The translations under genes were made by a program, and so were the position numbers. A DNA stretch of 64,000 nt, taken from IMG/VR virus record IMGVR_UViG_3300020419_001132; one strand, given 5' to 3'. Each line of letters opens with the position of its first letter. Within the stretch, counting starts at the first letter, position 1. A model generated the notes under the pieces. It had not been told where the DNA came from. It did not search any database and saw nothing but the letters and a program-made list of their open reading frames with translations. The DNA comes from a virus (Duplodnaviria > Caudoviricetes). Of the stretch, positions 27,349 to 37,055 are shown piece by piece.

Positions 27349-28815
27349 ATGCAACATTTTTATGACGGACAAATTAGAAGATATCTAACACAAATAATAA
27401 GAATGTTAAGTAATTTTAGCTATAAGGATTCTGAAGAAAAACTTGTGCAAGTACCAGTTATGTATGGAGATATGACTAGACAGGTTGCTTCTATTATTAA
27501 TGGTAATTCGGAAAACAAAGTGCCGTCTGCACCTCGTATAGCTGTATATGTAACAGGACTTGAAATGGATACTGCGAGATTAGCAGACAGTAGTTATGTT
27601 AGTAAACTTAATATAAGAGAACGTGCTTACGATGAATCTGGTAATGAATATCTTAACACACAGGGAAAAAATTATACTGTTGAAAGATTAATGCCTACAC
27701 CATATACTTTGACTGTTAATGCTGACATTTGGTCTACAAATACTGATCAAAAATTACAAATTTTAGAACAGATATTAATGTTGTTTAATCCTAGTTTAGA
27801 AATACAAACAACAGATAACTATGTTGACTGGACTAGTTTATCTGTAGTTAATTTAACCACTACAACTTTCAGCAGTAGAAGTATTCCAATGGGCACAGAG
27901 ACTGAGATAGATGTTGCAACTTTAGGATTTACAACACCTATATACATATCTCCTCCTACGAAAGTAAAACAGTTAGGTGTTGTAACAAATATTGTTACAA
28001 GTATTTTTGATGAATCAAAAGGAACAATAGATTTAAGGATGTCAATGCCTGAAATTAAAGCATTTCAGGATACTAGTAGACCAGAAGCTGATATTAAGCC
28101 AAAAGTTTATATTGATGCAGATGGAGTTGAGCAAAGAGATTATGGTTATATGGACAATATTAAACAAGATACTACGGCTGTTGTATCAACTACCTATAAG
28201 AACTACGATTTATTAGTACTAAACACAAGTTTGAAACTAATTGAAAATGGAATAGCAGGTAAAATAACTTGGGATGAATATACACAAGCATTTAACCAAC
28301 CATATCAGGCAGGAATTACACAGATAAGATTAAAGAGAAGTGATTTAGATAACGAGATTGCAGGTACAGTAACTATTAATCCGTTAGACGAATTTACAAT
28401 GGTTGTAAACTGGGATCCTGATACATTGCCAACAGATACAATAATAGCAGGACCTACAGGTAACAATAGTAAAATAAACTTTATAATAGATCCTTTAAAA
28501 ACAAGTCCTGTAAATTTAAAAACAACAGGTATTAGGATCTTATTGTTAGATGAAAATTTAGGAGATGCTGGAAATACTGATGGTGCTGATGCATGGAAAA
28601 ATGCAGATGGTTCCGACTTTGTTGCAAGTGCTAACGATATTGTAGAATGGGATGGTTCTAAATGGAGCATTGTATTTAATGCAAGTGAAAGTGCTGACCA
28701 AACCGTTTATACTACCAACTTAAATACAGGTGTGCAATATAAGTTTCATAAGGGTGAATGGTTACTAGCATTTGAAGGTGAATATCCACATGGCACCTGG
28801 AGGCTAAAATTTTAA
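27349..28815 (+). CDS. tail terminator / sheath stabiliser (gp15-like) with C-terminal extension
   Basis: HFYDGQIRRY, VPVMYG, MPTPY, QILEQILMLFNP. Confidence 0.75.
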   Translation: MQHFYDGQIRRYLTQIIRMLSNFSYKDSEEKLVQVPVMYGDMTRQVASIINGNSENKVPSAPRIAVYVTGLEMDTARLADSSYVSKLNIRERAYDESGNEYLNTQGKNYTVERLMPTPYTLTVNADIWSTNTDQKLQILEQILMLFNPSLEIQTTDNYVDWTSLSVVNLTTTTFSSRSIPMGTETEIDVATLGFTTPIYISPPTKVKQLGVVTNIVTSIFDESKGTIDLRMSMPEIKAFQDTSRPEADIKPKVYIDADGVEQRDYGYMDNIKQDTTAVVSTTYKNYDLLVLNTSLKLIENGIAGKITWDEYTQAFNQPYQAGITQIRLKRSDLDNEIAGTVTINPLDEFTMVVNWDPDTLPTDTIIAGPTGNNSKINFIIDPLKTSPVNLKTTGIRILLLDENLGDAGNTDGADAWKNADGSDFVASANDIVEWDGSKWSIVFNASESADQTVYTTNLNTGVQYKFHKGEWLLAFEGEYPHGTWRLKF

Positions 28816-28828
28816 GATAACTATATAC

Positions 28829-29260
28829 ATGCAGAATGTAGTATGTAGTGGTGCATTATTTTATACCAAAAAAACCAAAAGATTTCTATTTTTACATAGG
28901 ACACAAGGTAAGCATAAGGACTTGTGGGGATTAGTTGGTGGCACTAACGAAGATAAAGAAACTCCTTGGACAGCATTGCAAAGAGAAATAAAAGAAGAAA
29001 TTGGTAGTGTTGATATTAAAAAAACTATACCATTAGAAACTTTTATTAGTAACGATAATAAGTTTTTGTTTCATACGTATCTATGCGTTGTTGAAGATGA
29101 ATTTATACCTTCCTTAAATAAAGAACATAATGGCTATGCTTGGACTAGTTTTAACAATTGGCCCAAACCTTTGCACCTTGGATTAAGAAATACTTTAAAT
29201 AGTAAAATAAATTTAACAAAGTTAGAAACAGTTTTTAAACTGATAGACTTATTAGAGTAA
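28829..29260 (+). CDS. Nudix hydrolase
   Basis: Complete Nudix box G-TNEDK-E-TPWTALQ-REIKEEIG. Confidence 0.9.
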   Translation: MQNVVCSGALFYTKKTKRFLFLHRTQGKHKDLWGLVGGTNEDKETPWTALQREIKEEIGSVDIKKTIPLETFISNDNKFLFHTYLCVVEDEFIPSLNKEHNGYAWTSFNNWPKPLHLGLRNTLNSKINLTKLETVFKLIDLLE

Positions 29261-29263
29261 AAT

Positions 29264-29638
29264 ATGGAACAGACAAATTTAAAAGATGATGTAAAAAAAT
29301 ACGACTGGGGTAGTGAACTAACCTGGGCTAAAGGGGATAACTACACAGGCAAAATTTTAGTTTTTGAAAAATTACATGCAAAAACTTCTATGCAATTTTT
29401 CAAAGATAGTAACAAAACAATTTTTGTTAATAATGGTAAGTTTAAGATAAGATGGATTAATACACAAAATGCAGAAGTTTTTGAAACGGAGTTAGACGAG
29501 GGACAGACATTCGAATTTAAAGCATTAGTACCTCATCAAATAATTACTCTTTCACAAGGAGGGTCTATTACAGAAGTTGGTGATAAAACTGATGACAATC
29601 ACATATACCATGTAGTAAAAGCGGATAATGTAGGATAA
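29264..29638 (+). CDS. cupin-fold protein with an apparently degenerate metal site
   Basis: WGSELTWA...YTGKIL...SMQFFKDSNKT...PHQI resembles phage cupins. Confidence 0.55.
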   Translation: MEQTNLKDDVKKYDWGSELTWAKGDNYTGKILVFEKLHAKTSMQFFKDSNKTIFVNNGKFKIRWINTQNAEVFETELDEGQTFEFKALVPHQIITLSQGGSITEVGDKTDDNHIYHVVKADNVG

Positions 29639-29913
29639 TGTTACCTAATTTAGCAAATAGTCAACAAGTTCAAGAAAGTATACAAGACTATAGAAAAAAA
29701 TCAGAATACCTTACAAACGATAATGCAAAAGAAATAGTAAACAAACTTATTAACAAATTAGAAGAAGAAGTAAAAATTATAGATCAAGCACATAGAATTA
29801 GAAGTGCCGGCGAATTAAAGCCAAATCTGTTTATGTCTAATAGAGAAAAAGTACACAATCTTAGAAAACAGATTATTACAATTTACAAAGAAAATAATAT
29901 AATTAGATATTAG
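29638..29913 (+). CDS. hypothetical protein
   Basis: 91-aa helical ORF coupled to the cupin gene. Confidence 0.65.
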   Translation: MLPNLANSQQVQESIQDYRKKSEYLTNDNAKEIVNKLINKLEEEVKIIDQAHRIRSAGELKPNLFMSNREKVHNLRKQIITIYKENNIIRY

Positions 29914-31529
29914 ATAGGTGTTAGGCTTATAAGCCCATTCATACCACCGTGTGATGTACACTGGTATCTATAAACTGATCCTGCACCTGAAGGTATATTC
30001 CAATAAAGTGTTCCACTAGTCTTTCCTTGTGCAGAACTTCCTGTGCTTACTGTGCCGTTAGTTGTTACATGAACCAACCCTGTGTTATATGCAGATCCTC
30101 CTGAATCTTGTATTTCAAAAGGATGTCCTCCTGCACTAGATAAGTCAAATGCAAGTGTAGTACCTTTAAAAGCAGAAATTGTAGGATTACTACCTGAATA
30201 GTGACTATTAAATGTGTATGCACTTGAACCTATTGCGGCAACTTCTAGCATAGCAATAGCAGGGCGATATATTTGAGATACATCTAATGAAGCCGACGAC
30301 ACATCAGTTAATCCTGAAAATGAAGTTGCTCCTGATGATGACGTATTAGTTATGGTAATAGTATCTGTACCTGCATTTGTAGTAATACTAATTCCTGAAC
30401 CAGCTGAAAAGTTCAATGTATCTGTTGTACTATCTGCTTCAACATTACTTTGTCCAGAAACTGCGATAGTGTTAAATGCATTTTGATTTGCTTCTCCGCC
30501 GCCACCTCCTGATACTGTAGATGGTTTCCAGTAACCGTTTCCGTTGTCCCACATTAGAACTTGTCCATCTGATGGTGCTACTGTAGTTGTGTTAACATCA
30601 CTCAATGCATCCACACTAATAGCTGACAAGTTACTTCCAGATATAGATGTTAGATAACTTCCTAAGTCACTTATTTGGCTTTCAGTTATAGATAACGCTG
30701 ACTGATGTTGTGTTACAGAAGTTTGTGTAATATTAGCATTAGGAACATTAGCCCAGGTAACTGCCGCTGTAAGATCGTTTATTTCTGCTGTTAACGCACC
30801 TATACCTGCCGCTGTAGGAGGCCTATATCTAAAAACTCCAGTAGTATTATCGTAAGATATTGCACCGTCACCAAGTGGAGACAATTCAACACCTATACTT
30901 AAAGCTGATAGAGCTAGTATTGTAGGTTTATTGTTTAAGTTATTGTAGTCTAGATAATAAGAACCGTCTTGACCGTCTAGTGTATCAGCATCAGTACCTG
31001 CACCGCCGGTAGTTGCATCTATGCCAGGAGCCCATTTGGCTCCATCCCATTTTAATACATTTCCTGATGATGGTGGTGATGAGGTTGTATCAACATCAGA
31101 TAAAAAGTTAATACTATGTGCAGTCATATTAACAGTAACATTTTTGGTATCAGTTGCAACGGCTGTTGCTATATTAGTTCCGCCTAAAACGCTTAATGTG
31201 TCTGTTGACCCAGATGCTACAGCAGAACCGTCATCACTAGTTACAGTTTTAAATACATCACCTGCTCCGCCACTGCCTGATCCTGTATATGCAATAACAA
31301 CTTTGTCACCTGTAATTGCTGTGCTAATATCGGTTCCGCCTTCAAGTGTAAACGAATCATTTACTGCGTCGGCTGTGGTTGTACCTGTGTCAGCTAAGAA
31401 AGTTTTAAAAACAGTATTAGAAACTGTAGAATCTTTTATGGCCCAGCCTGTGCCGTTGTATTGCCAGGTTGTAGTTCCTTGAGTAAAAGTATCGCCATTT
31501 GAAGGAGTGCCTGGAAAATTAATTGCCAT
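29910..31529 (-). CDS. tail fibre-like structural protein with a C-terminal cupredoxin-like module
   Basis: Ser/Thr/Gly-rich, MAINFP start, two LKWDG/LMWDNG fibre motifs, GHPF...YQCTSHGGM. Confidence 0.65.
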   Translation of the reverse strand: MAINFPGTPSNGDTFTQGTTTWQYNGTGWAIKDSTVSNTVFKTFLADTGTTTADAVNDSFTLEGGTDISTAITGDKVVIAYTGSGSGGAGDVFKTVTSDDGSAVASGSTDTLSVLGGTNIATAVATDTKNVTVNMTAHSINFLSDVDTTSSPPSSGNVLKWDGAKWAPGIDATTGGAGTDADTLDGQDGSYYLDYNNLNNKPTILALSALSIGVELSPLGDGAISYDNTTGVFRYRPPTAAGIGALTAEINDLTAAVTWANVPNANITQTSVTQHQSALSITESQISDLGSYLTSISGSNLSAISVDALSDVNTTTVAPSDGQVLMWDNGNGYWKPSTVSGGGGGEANQNAFNTIAVSGQSNVEADSTTDTLNFSAGSGISITTNAGTDTITITNTSSSGATSFSGLTDVSSASLDVSQIYRPAIAMLEVAAIGSSAYTFNSHYSGSNPTISAFKGTTLAFDLSSAGGHPFEIQDSGGSAYNTGLVHVTTNGTVSTGSSAQGKTSGTLYWNIPSGAGSVYRYQCTSHGGMNGLISLTPI

Positions 31530-31692
31530 CTAGTTCACCGTATCTGTCGTGTAATTGTTCATGATATTCCCATTCACCAGTCATATATTCAAGTTCTAAT
31601 GCTAACATTGTTATTGCTCCTAGCAAATAAAACATCACCAAAAATCCTATAATAATTCCTTGTATACCTAAAATAACTTTTATTTTACCCAT
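31519..31692 (-). CDS. 57-aa single-pass membrane peptide (below the ORF-track cutoff)
   Basis: MGKIKVILGIQGIIIGFLVMFYLLGAITMLALELEYMTGEWEYHEQLHDRYGELDGN; fills the gap and overlaps both neighbours. Confidence 0.55.
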   Translation of the reverse strand: MGKIKVILGIQGIIIGFLVMFYLLGAITMLALELEYMTGEWEYHEQLHDRYGELDGN

Positions 31693-33301
31693 TTGATTTA
31701 AATCCTATTGCAGTATTTATTACACTCACTCCTCCACGAGTAGTATAAGGTTGTCTATTATACCTATTAAAAAGCATGTTATTAGATGCACCCATTAAAC
31801 TTGTGGTGGTATTTCCATAATCATTATCAGCACCTGTATCAAATATAACGTTTTTTGCGTCTGCTATAATTTTGGCTTTAAGTTGTGCGGGAGTAAGAGT
31901 AGGTTCAACTCCTAAATGTAAAGCACCTAGTCCACAAACTTGAGGTGATGCCATTGATGTTCCGCTGATACTCATAATTTTATAACTTGCATTGTCGGGG
32001 TGATTAACTGGAGCATATAGTGAATCATAAATATTTGAACATGCACTAACTATTGAACTTCCAGGTGCCCATATTTGCACCCTTGCACCTTTACTGCTAG
32101 ATCCTCGTGGTCTATCTCTATATATTGAACCATCTAATTGTGCAGGTGAATCTATATTACCAACAATAAATGCATTATCGCTATGAGGACTGCTTCCTCT
32201 ATGATAGTAATACGTAGTAGAACCAAAAACTACAGTATTATTATAATCAGTTCCTGTTGAAAGATCTCCTTTGTGATAATCGTTACCAGCCGCAATACAA
32301 ACATGTATGCCATCTGATATCATATCATCTACTTCTGTATCAACAGAAGGTACCCTTAGTGGCACTCTCCTTGCTGTTCCGCCACTAACTAATTGTGTAA
32401 CTATTCCTGTGCTTGTCCATAATATAGTATTATCTGAATAATCTGTAGGCCAAGTCCAACCTGTTCCTCTGTAGTTGCCACTTACTGGATCGCCAGAAAG
32501 TGTGCTTCCATATCCCCAACTCATATTAACTATGGTAGGTCTTTTTACTCCTGTAACAGGATTTACAGGTTTATTATTATGCCATAGTCTAATAGTATCA
32601 AATACATTAGACACACTGATTCCTGTGCCAGCGTCACCGGCTCCTTCTAAACCAGATACTTTCTGTGCGTATATAGCAGAATTTTTTGCCCAACCATATG
32701 TTTTTCCAGCCGATATTCCTGCACAATGGGTACCATGTCCGTCATGATCTCTATAATGATTTACGTTTTGTGTACCTGTTACGCCGCTTTCAGTGTACCA
32801 ATCTATTTGTCGTAATCTAGAGCCTCCTTGCTCGTCAAGCCACTCCGGGTGTCCAACTTGTATACCACTATCTTGTATTACAACATCTACTCCGTCACCG
32901 TCAACAGCATATTCAAATTTATTTGTTCCTGCTGTACTGCTATTACCATATTCGTTTTCTTCCCAGTTGCAACGTCTTAATCCCCAATTTACTAAATTAG
33001 AAGTTAATGTTCCAGGTTTTGTAAATTCACTTGTTTGTGTTTTACGTAACTCTATACTAATATCATCTCTTTGTTCTGGTGGAATTTCCACAGATAGTAT
33101 TCTTGAATCTGCAGATAAAGCAGATGCTTCGTCTTCTGTTAATGCAAAATGCGTTTGTCTAGTACTACCAGGACGTGGATTTACTATGTCTACTTTTCTT
33201 GATGGTATGGGTCCAGAACCTGAAGTTGCTGTAAGTTCTGTTTCAATGTCTGCTAAATCAGATCTATCTTTTACAATTACTGTGTATTCTTTTTCACTCA
33301 T
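31685..33301 (-). CDS. S8 subtilisin-like serine protease with N-terminal prodomain
   Basis: Catalytic Asp VDVVIQDSG, His DGHGTHCAG, oxyanion AAGND, Ser SGTSMASP. Confidence 0.92.
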   Translation of the reverse strand: MSEKEYTVIVKDRSDLADIETELTATSGSGPIPSRKVDIVNPRPGSTRQTHFALTEDEASALSADSRILSVEIPPEQRDDISIELRKTQTSEFTKPGTLTSNLVNWGLRRCNWEENEYGNSSTAGTNKFEYAVDGDGVDVVIQDSGIQVGHPEWLDEQGGSRLRQIDWYTESGVTGTQNVNHYRDHDGHGTHCAGISAGKTYGWAKNSAIYAQKVSGLEGAGDAGTGISVSNVFDTIRLWHNNKPVNPVTGVKRPTIVNMSWGYGSTLSGDPVSGNYRGTGWTWPTDYSDNTILWTSTGIVTQLVSGGTARRVPLRVPSVDTEVDDMISDGIHVCIAAGNDYHKGDLSTGTDYNNTVVFGSTTYYYHRGSSPHSDNAFIVGNIDSPAQLDGSIYRDRPRGSSSKGARVQIWAPGSSIVSACSNIYDSLYAPVNHPDNASYKIMSISGTSMASPQVCGLGALHLGVEPTLTPAQLKAKIIADAKNVIFDTGADNDYGNTTTSLMGASNNMLFNRYNRQPYTTRGGVSVINTAIGFKSNG

Positions 33302-34905
33302 TATGTTACCTTGTATATCACTAGAAATACTTTGGCGTCTACACCACCACCTGTGTCATCTTCTACTTTTACTCTAATTTGTGATGTGCTTGGTTTTGAA
33401 ATTGTAACCATATGACCTGAAGTCTTATCCTGAATTGTTGCTAGTACCTGAAAATCATCTACAGTAGCTCCAAGAGCAGATGTAAAACTTATAGTTATAT
33501 CTCCTGTTCCATTATCAGTAAAGCCATTTGCTCCGCCACCTGAGAAACTTCTAACAGTTTGATCTAACACGCCCATTTTGAAAGGTGCTGGAAAACTGTT
33601 CATAAACACTCCGTCGGGTGCTTTTATTGTTAATGTTGTAGCACTATCTATCTCCGGAGCACCAGCTCCTGTGTTTACAAATTCTCCTGCATATATGCTG
33701 TTTGAAGCTCTTATATCATTCTCAACATTTAGGTCACTGCTCATTGTCACAGCCGGCGTAATAGTAATACCACTACTATCAGCAGTATCTAATGTGCTAC
33801 CTACAAATGTAAAGTTTCCACCAGCGGCATCTGTGATTCCGTATCCAGATACAGTTGTTGGAGTTCCATCAATTGCTGTCCAAGGAACTTTACCAGTACT
33901 TGAATTTACAATAACTGACGAATCATCAGCAACAATATTAATCCTATAATTGCTACCCTCTACTATACCTAAGCCTCCGCCTTCGCCGAAACTAAAATTA
34001 CCATTGCCATCTGTTTTTAATACTTGACCTGCTGTTCCGTCTACTATGCTTAAATCCGTTAATGATGTTACAGCGGCAGGAATAGTTGGTTTGTTAGTTA
34101 AATTATTATAATCTAATGATAAATTACCTGTGCTTGGTTGAACCCATTGGCTTCCGTCTGGATCTGTATAGTAAACATATAATATACCTGTTGTACTATT
34201 AAACCAAATTGCTCCGTTTGACGGACTACTCGGTGCTGTATCACTTACACTAATACTTGCACCACCACTTCCACTTCCGGGATTACTACAAGCAATACTG
34301 TTACCCATATTTAGATGCTGTTGACACCAATAATATAGTGTAGTAGGTGTACTGCTAGTAACAGTTATTTGGACACTTCGCTGTGTAGCACCTGTAAACT
34401 TGCTCCAGTATACAGCTTGTGTTACTACATCATTATCAAGTTTATATAGCACATTTGTAGTATAACTTGTTCCTCCACCTAGTAATCCGTTAGCATTATC
34501 TGCACTGAAGTTCAACGGATGTTGATTAATTGTTCCTCCATCGGGATTTGGATAGTAAACATTTGTTTGATCACTTTGGTCAAAGACATAAGTGTAGCCT
34601 ACAACTAAACTTAATTCAGGCTTGTAACTTCCATCTATAAAATATTTATTTCCACTATCTGCTCCTTGTGCAGAACCTACTGTAACTGCATATGTAACAA
34701 CTGAAACTCCGCTAATACTTAGTTTTTCCTGGATATTTAGATCAGTTATAACCGTTGTGCCTCCGGTTAACTTACCACTGTAAAGACGTAAGGTGTCTGC
34801 TTGTTGATCGTAAAAGACCTCTCCACTACTACCAACATTACGATCAAGAAAATCGTCGGGTCTTGGTATAATTCTTACCCTATCAAATATAGCACTTGTT
34901 GTCAT
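33301..34905 (-). CDS. tail fibre-like structural protein with a cupredoxin-like module
   Basis: QHPLNF...LYYWCQQHLNMG; APSSPSNGAIWFNS; LDYNNLTNKPTI shared with 29910-31529; GQVLKTDGNG. Confidence 0.65.
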   Translation of the reverse strand: MTTSAIFDRVRIIPRPDDFLDRNVGSSGEVFYDQQADTLRLYSGKLTGGTTVITDLNIQEKLSISGVSVVTYAVTVGSAQGADSGNKYFIDGSYKPELSLVVGYTYVFDQSDQTNVYYPNPDGGTINQHPLNFSADNANGLLGGGTSYTTNVLYKLDNDVVTQAVYWSKFTGATQRSVQITVTSSTPTTLYYWCQQHLNMGNSIACSNPGSGSGGASISVSDTAPSSPSNGAIWFNSTTGILYVYYTDPDGSQWVQPSTGNLSLDYNNLTNKPTIPAAVTSLTDLSIVDGTAGQVLKTDGNGNFSFGEGGGLGIVEGSNYRINIVADDSSVIVNSSTGKVPWTAIDGTPTTVSGYGITDAAGGNFTFVGSTLDTADSSGITITPAVTMSSDLNVENDIRASNSIYAGEFVNTGAGAPEIDSATTLTIKAPDGVFMNSFPAPFKMGVLDQTVRSFSGGGANGFTDNGTGDITISFTSALGATVDDFQVLATIQDKTSGHMVTISKPSTSQIRVKVEDDTGGGVDAKVFLVIYKVT

Positions 34906-34924
34906 TTAAATCTCCAGCTATACA

Positions 34925-34932
34925 TATTTATT
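34925..34932 (-). promoter_or_regulatory. late promoter box AATAAATA
   Basis: TATTTATT on plus, upstream of a GGAG SD and the ATG at 34905. Confidence 0.55.
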
Positions 34933-34963
34933 CAAAAAAGTTTTCTACTATGATAATATCAAA

Positions 34964-34969
34964 TAAGTA
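34964..34969 (+). promoter_or_regulatory. late-type box TAAGTA for the plus-strand oxygenase/halogenase operon
   Basis: TAANTA variant exactly 5 nt before the ATG at 34975, the same spacing as at terL, the 7473 gene and gp14. Confidence 0.45.
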
Positions 34970-34974
34970 GTAGT

Positions 34975-35586
34975 ATGAAGAAAGTTAATATTTTTCCTAC
35001 ACCTATTTATGAATTCCACAATAGTGACATAGATAATGACGATATTGTAGAAAAACTATCTAAGGAAACGCTTAGAGAGCATACTGCACTTAGCTCATTG
35101 GAAGATTTGCACACTAAAGAAGGATATGAGGACTTATTTTTATGGTTTGACGAATGTTTAGACAAAATACACAAAGAAATGCGTTATGACTGTGATAAAA
35201 TAACAATTACTAGTAGTTGGTGTAATAAACAATATGCCCAGTCAGGAATGTATCATTCTCCCCATAAACATACAATGAGCATGTTAAGTGGAGTATACTA
35301 CTGCACTCATGGCGCACCTACATGCTTTCAAGATCCTGTAACACAACGCACAGAAGCACAAATAGAAGTACTACAACACGATTTTACACCTTTTGAATAC
35401 ATAGAAGCTGTGCCAGGAAAACTTATTATCTTTCCAAGTTGGATGTATCATTCTACAACTAGAAGTGTAGAAGAGGTTGATAGATGGAGTATAGCATTTA
35501 ACACATTTCCTGATGGAAAAATAAACTATAATATTGCAAGAGATAGTGTAGTAACACTAAAAGTAGGACAACAAGCTATTAAATGA
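34975..35586 (+). CDS. putative Fe(II)/2OG oxygenase (TIGR02466-like)
   Basis: HSPHKH...LSGVYY...LIIFPSWMYH...RWSIAFN. Confidence 0.75.
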   Translation: MKKVNIFPTPIYEFHNSDIDNDDIVEKLSKETLREHTALSSLEDLHTKEGYEDLFLWFDECLDKIHKEMRYDCDKITITSSWCNKQYAQSGMYHSPHKHTMSMLSGVYYCTHGAPTCFQDPVTQRTEAQIEVLQHDFTPFEYIEAVPGKLIIFPSWMYHSTTRSVEEVDRWSIAFNTFPDGKINYNIARDSVVTLKVGQQAIK

Positions 35587-37055
35587 TTAAAACTATTACT
35601 ATATTAGGTGGAGGTACAGCAGGGCTTATTTCTGCACTAATGTTACGATCTACATTTCACTCTTTAAAAATTACAATAGTTGAATCTAGCGAATATGGTA
35701 TAGTAGGTGTAGGAGAAGGAAGTACCGAGCATTGGGTAGGATTTATGGAACATTGTAATATTAGTGTTCAGGAGTTAATAAAAGAAACAGGTGCTACCTA
35801 CAAGACAGGAATAAATTTTCAAGATTGGAACGGTGTTGGCACATGCTATTGGCATAGTTTAGCTGAAAATGTTTTTGAACAAGATAGTCAAACTGGTGTT
35901 TATGCAAATTTAATAAAACAAATAGCAGACAATAGTGATCCATTAGATTCTGTGTTACCTACAGCATTAAAATCTATGCATACAGAACCTTTCCATAAGA
36001 GCTTTGCCCAATATCATTTTGATACAAACAAGCTAAACACTTTTTTACACAAGTTATGTATGGATAGAAATATTCAAATTGTAGACGACATTGTTGAAAA
36101 TGTTACATTAAGGGACGGTTTTGTTACACATTTGGTAGGTAAAAAGCAATCTTATACTTCAGACTTTTTTATTGATTCAAGCGGATTTAGGAGAGTTATA
36201 GATACTAAGTTACAAGGTACTTGGATAGATTGTAAAAAACAACTTCCTATGAATTCTGCTTATGCGGCGCCTAGTCCTTACGAGGAAAATATTCCGTCAC
36301 ACACGTTAGCAAAAGCATTAAGCTCAGGATGGATGTGGCGTATTCCTACACAGGATCGTTTTGGAAATGGTTATGTATATTGTGATGATTTTATAAGTGA
36401 CGATGACGCTGAAATAGAATTTAGAAATCAGTTTCAACATGACATAAAAATAGCAAAACATATTAAGTTCAATGCAGGATACGTTGATCAGTTTTGGAAT
36501 AAAAATTGTTTAAGTGTAGGACTATCCGGAATGTTTGTAGAGCCTTTAGAAGCAACAAGTATTGGATTTACTATACAACAGATGTTTAGTTTTTGTTCTG
36601 GTATACTTAATTGGAACAATCAAAATCAAATCCCTGCAAAAACATATAACTCCGATTTCAAGAAGGTAGCTGAAAACATTATCGACTTTGTCCAACTACA
36701 CTATATTACAAAAAGGAATGACACAGAGTTTTGGAAGTGGGTAAATACTGGGATACAATTGACAGACTTTAACAAAGAAAATTTAGAAAATTTTAAAAGT
36801 ACGCTACCTGGAAGATATAATTTCAATTATAACTATACCATGTTTAAGGAGTTAAATTGGTTACAAATTATGCACGGACTAGGTATGTTTAACATAGAAA
36901 AAATAAACAAATTATTTTATGACAATCTATATCATACTATTCCTTTTATTAAGCAACATAAAGAGCAACAAGAATATTATAGACGCCAAAACACCTATGT
37001 TCTACATAGGCAGGCCTTAAATACTATTTTAGAAAGAGAAACACATGCATATTAA
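35583..37055 (+). CDS. flavin-dependent (tryptophan-halogenase family) halogenase 1
   Basis: GGGTAG, GVGEGS, catalytic-Lys region ATYKTGI, FFIDSSGF, WMWRIP, FVEPLEAT. Confidence 0.9.
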   Translation: MIKTITILGGGTAGLISALMLRSTFHSLKITIVESSEYGIVGVGEGSTEHWVGFMEHCNISVQELIKETGATYKTGINFQDWNGVGTCYWHSLAENVFEQDSQTGVYANLIKQIADNSDPLDSVLPTALKSMHTEPFHKSFAQYHFDTNKLNTFLHKLCMDRNIQIVDDIVENVTLRDGFVTHLVGKKQSYTSDFFIDSSGFRRVIDTKLQGTWIDCKKQLPMNSAYAAPSPYEENIPSHTLAKALSSGWMWRIPTQDRFGNGYVYCDDFISDDDAEIEFRNQFQHDIKIAKHIKFNAGYVDQFWNKNCLSVGLSGMFVEPLEATSIGFTIQQMFSFCSGILNWNNQNQIPAKTYNSDFKKVAENIIDFVQLHYITKRNDTEFWKWVNTGIQLTDFNKENLENFKSTLPGRYNFNYNYTMFKELNWLQIMHGLGMFNIEKINKLFYDNLYHTIPFIKQHKEQQEYYRRQNTYVLHRQALNTILERETHAY

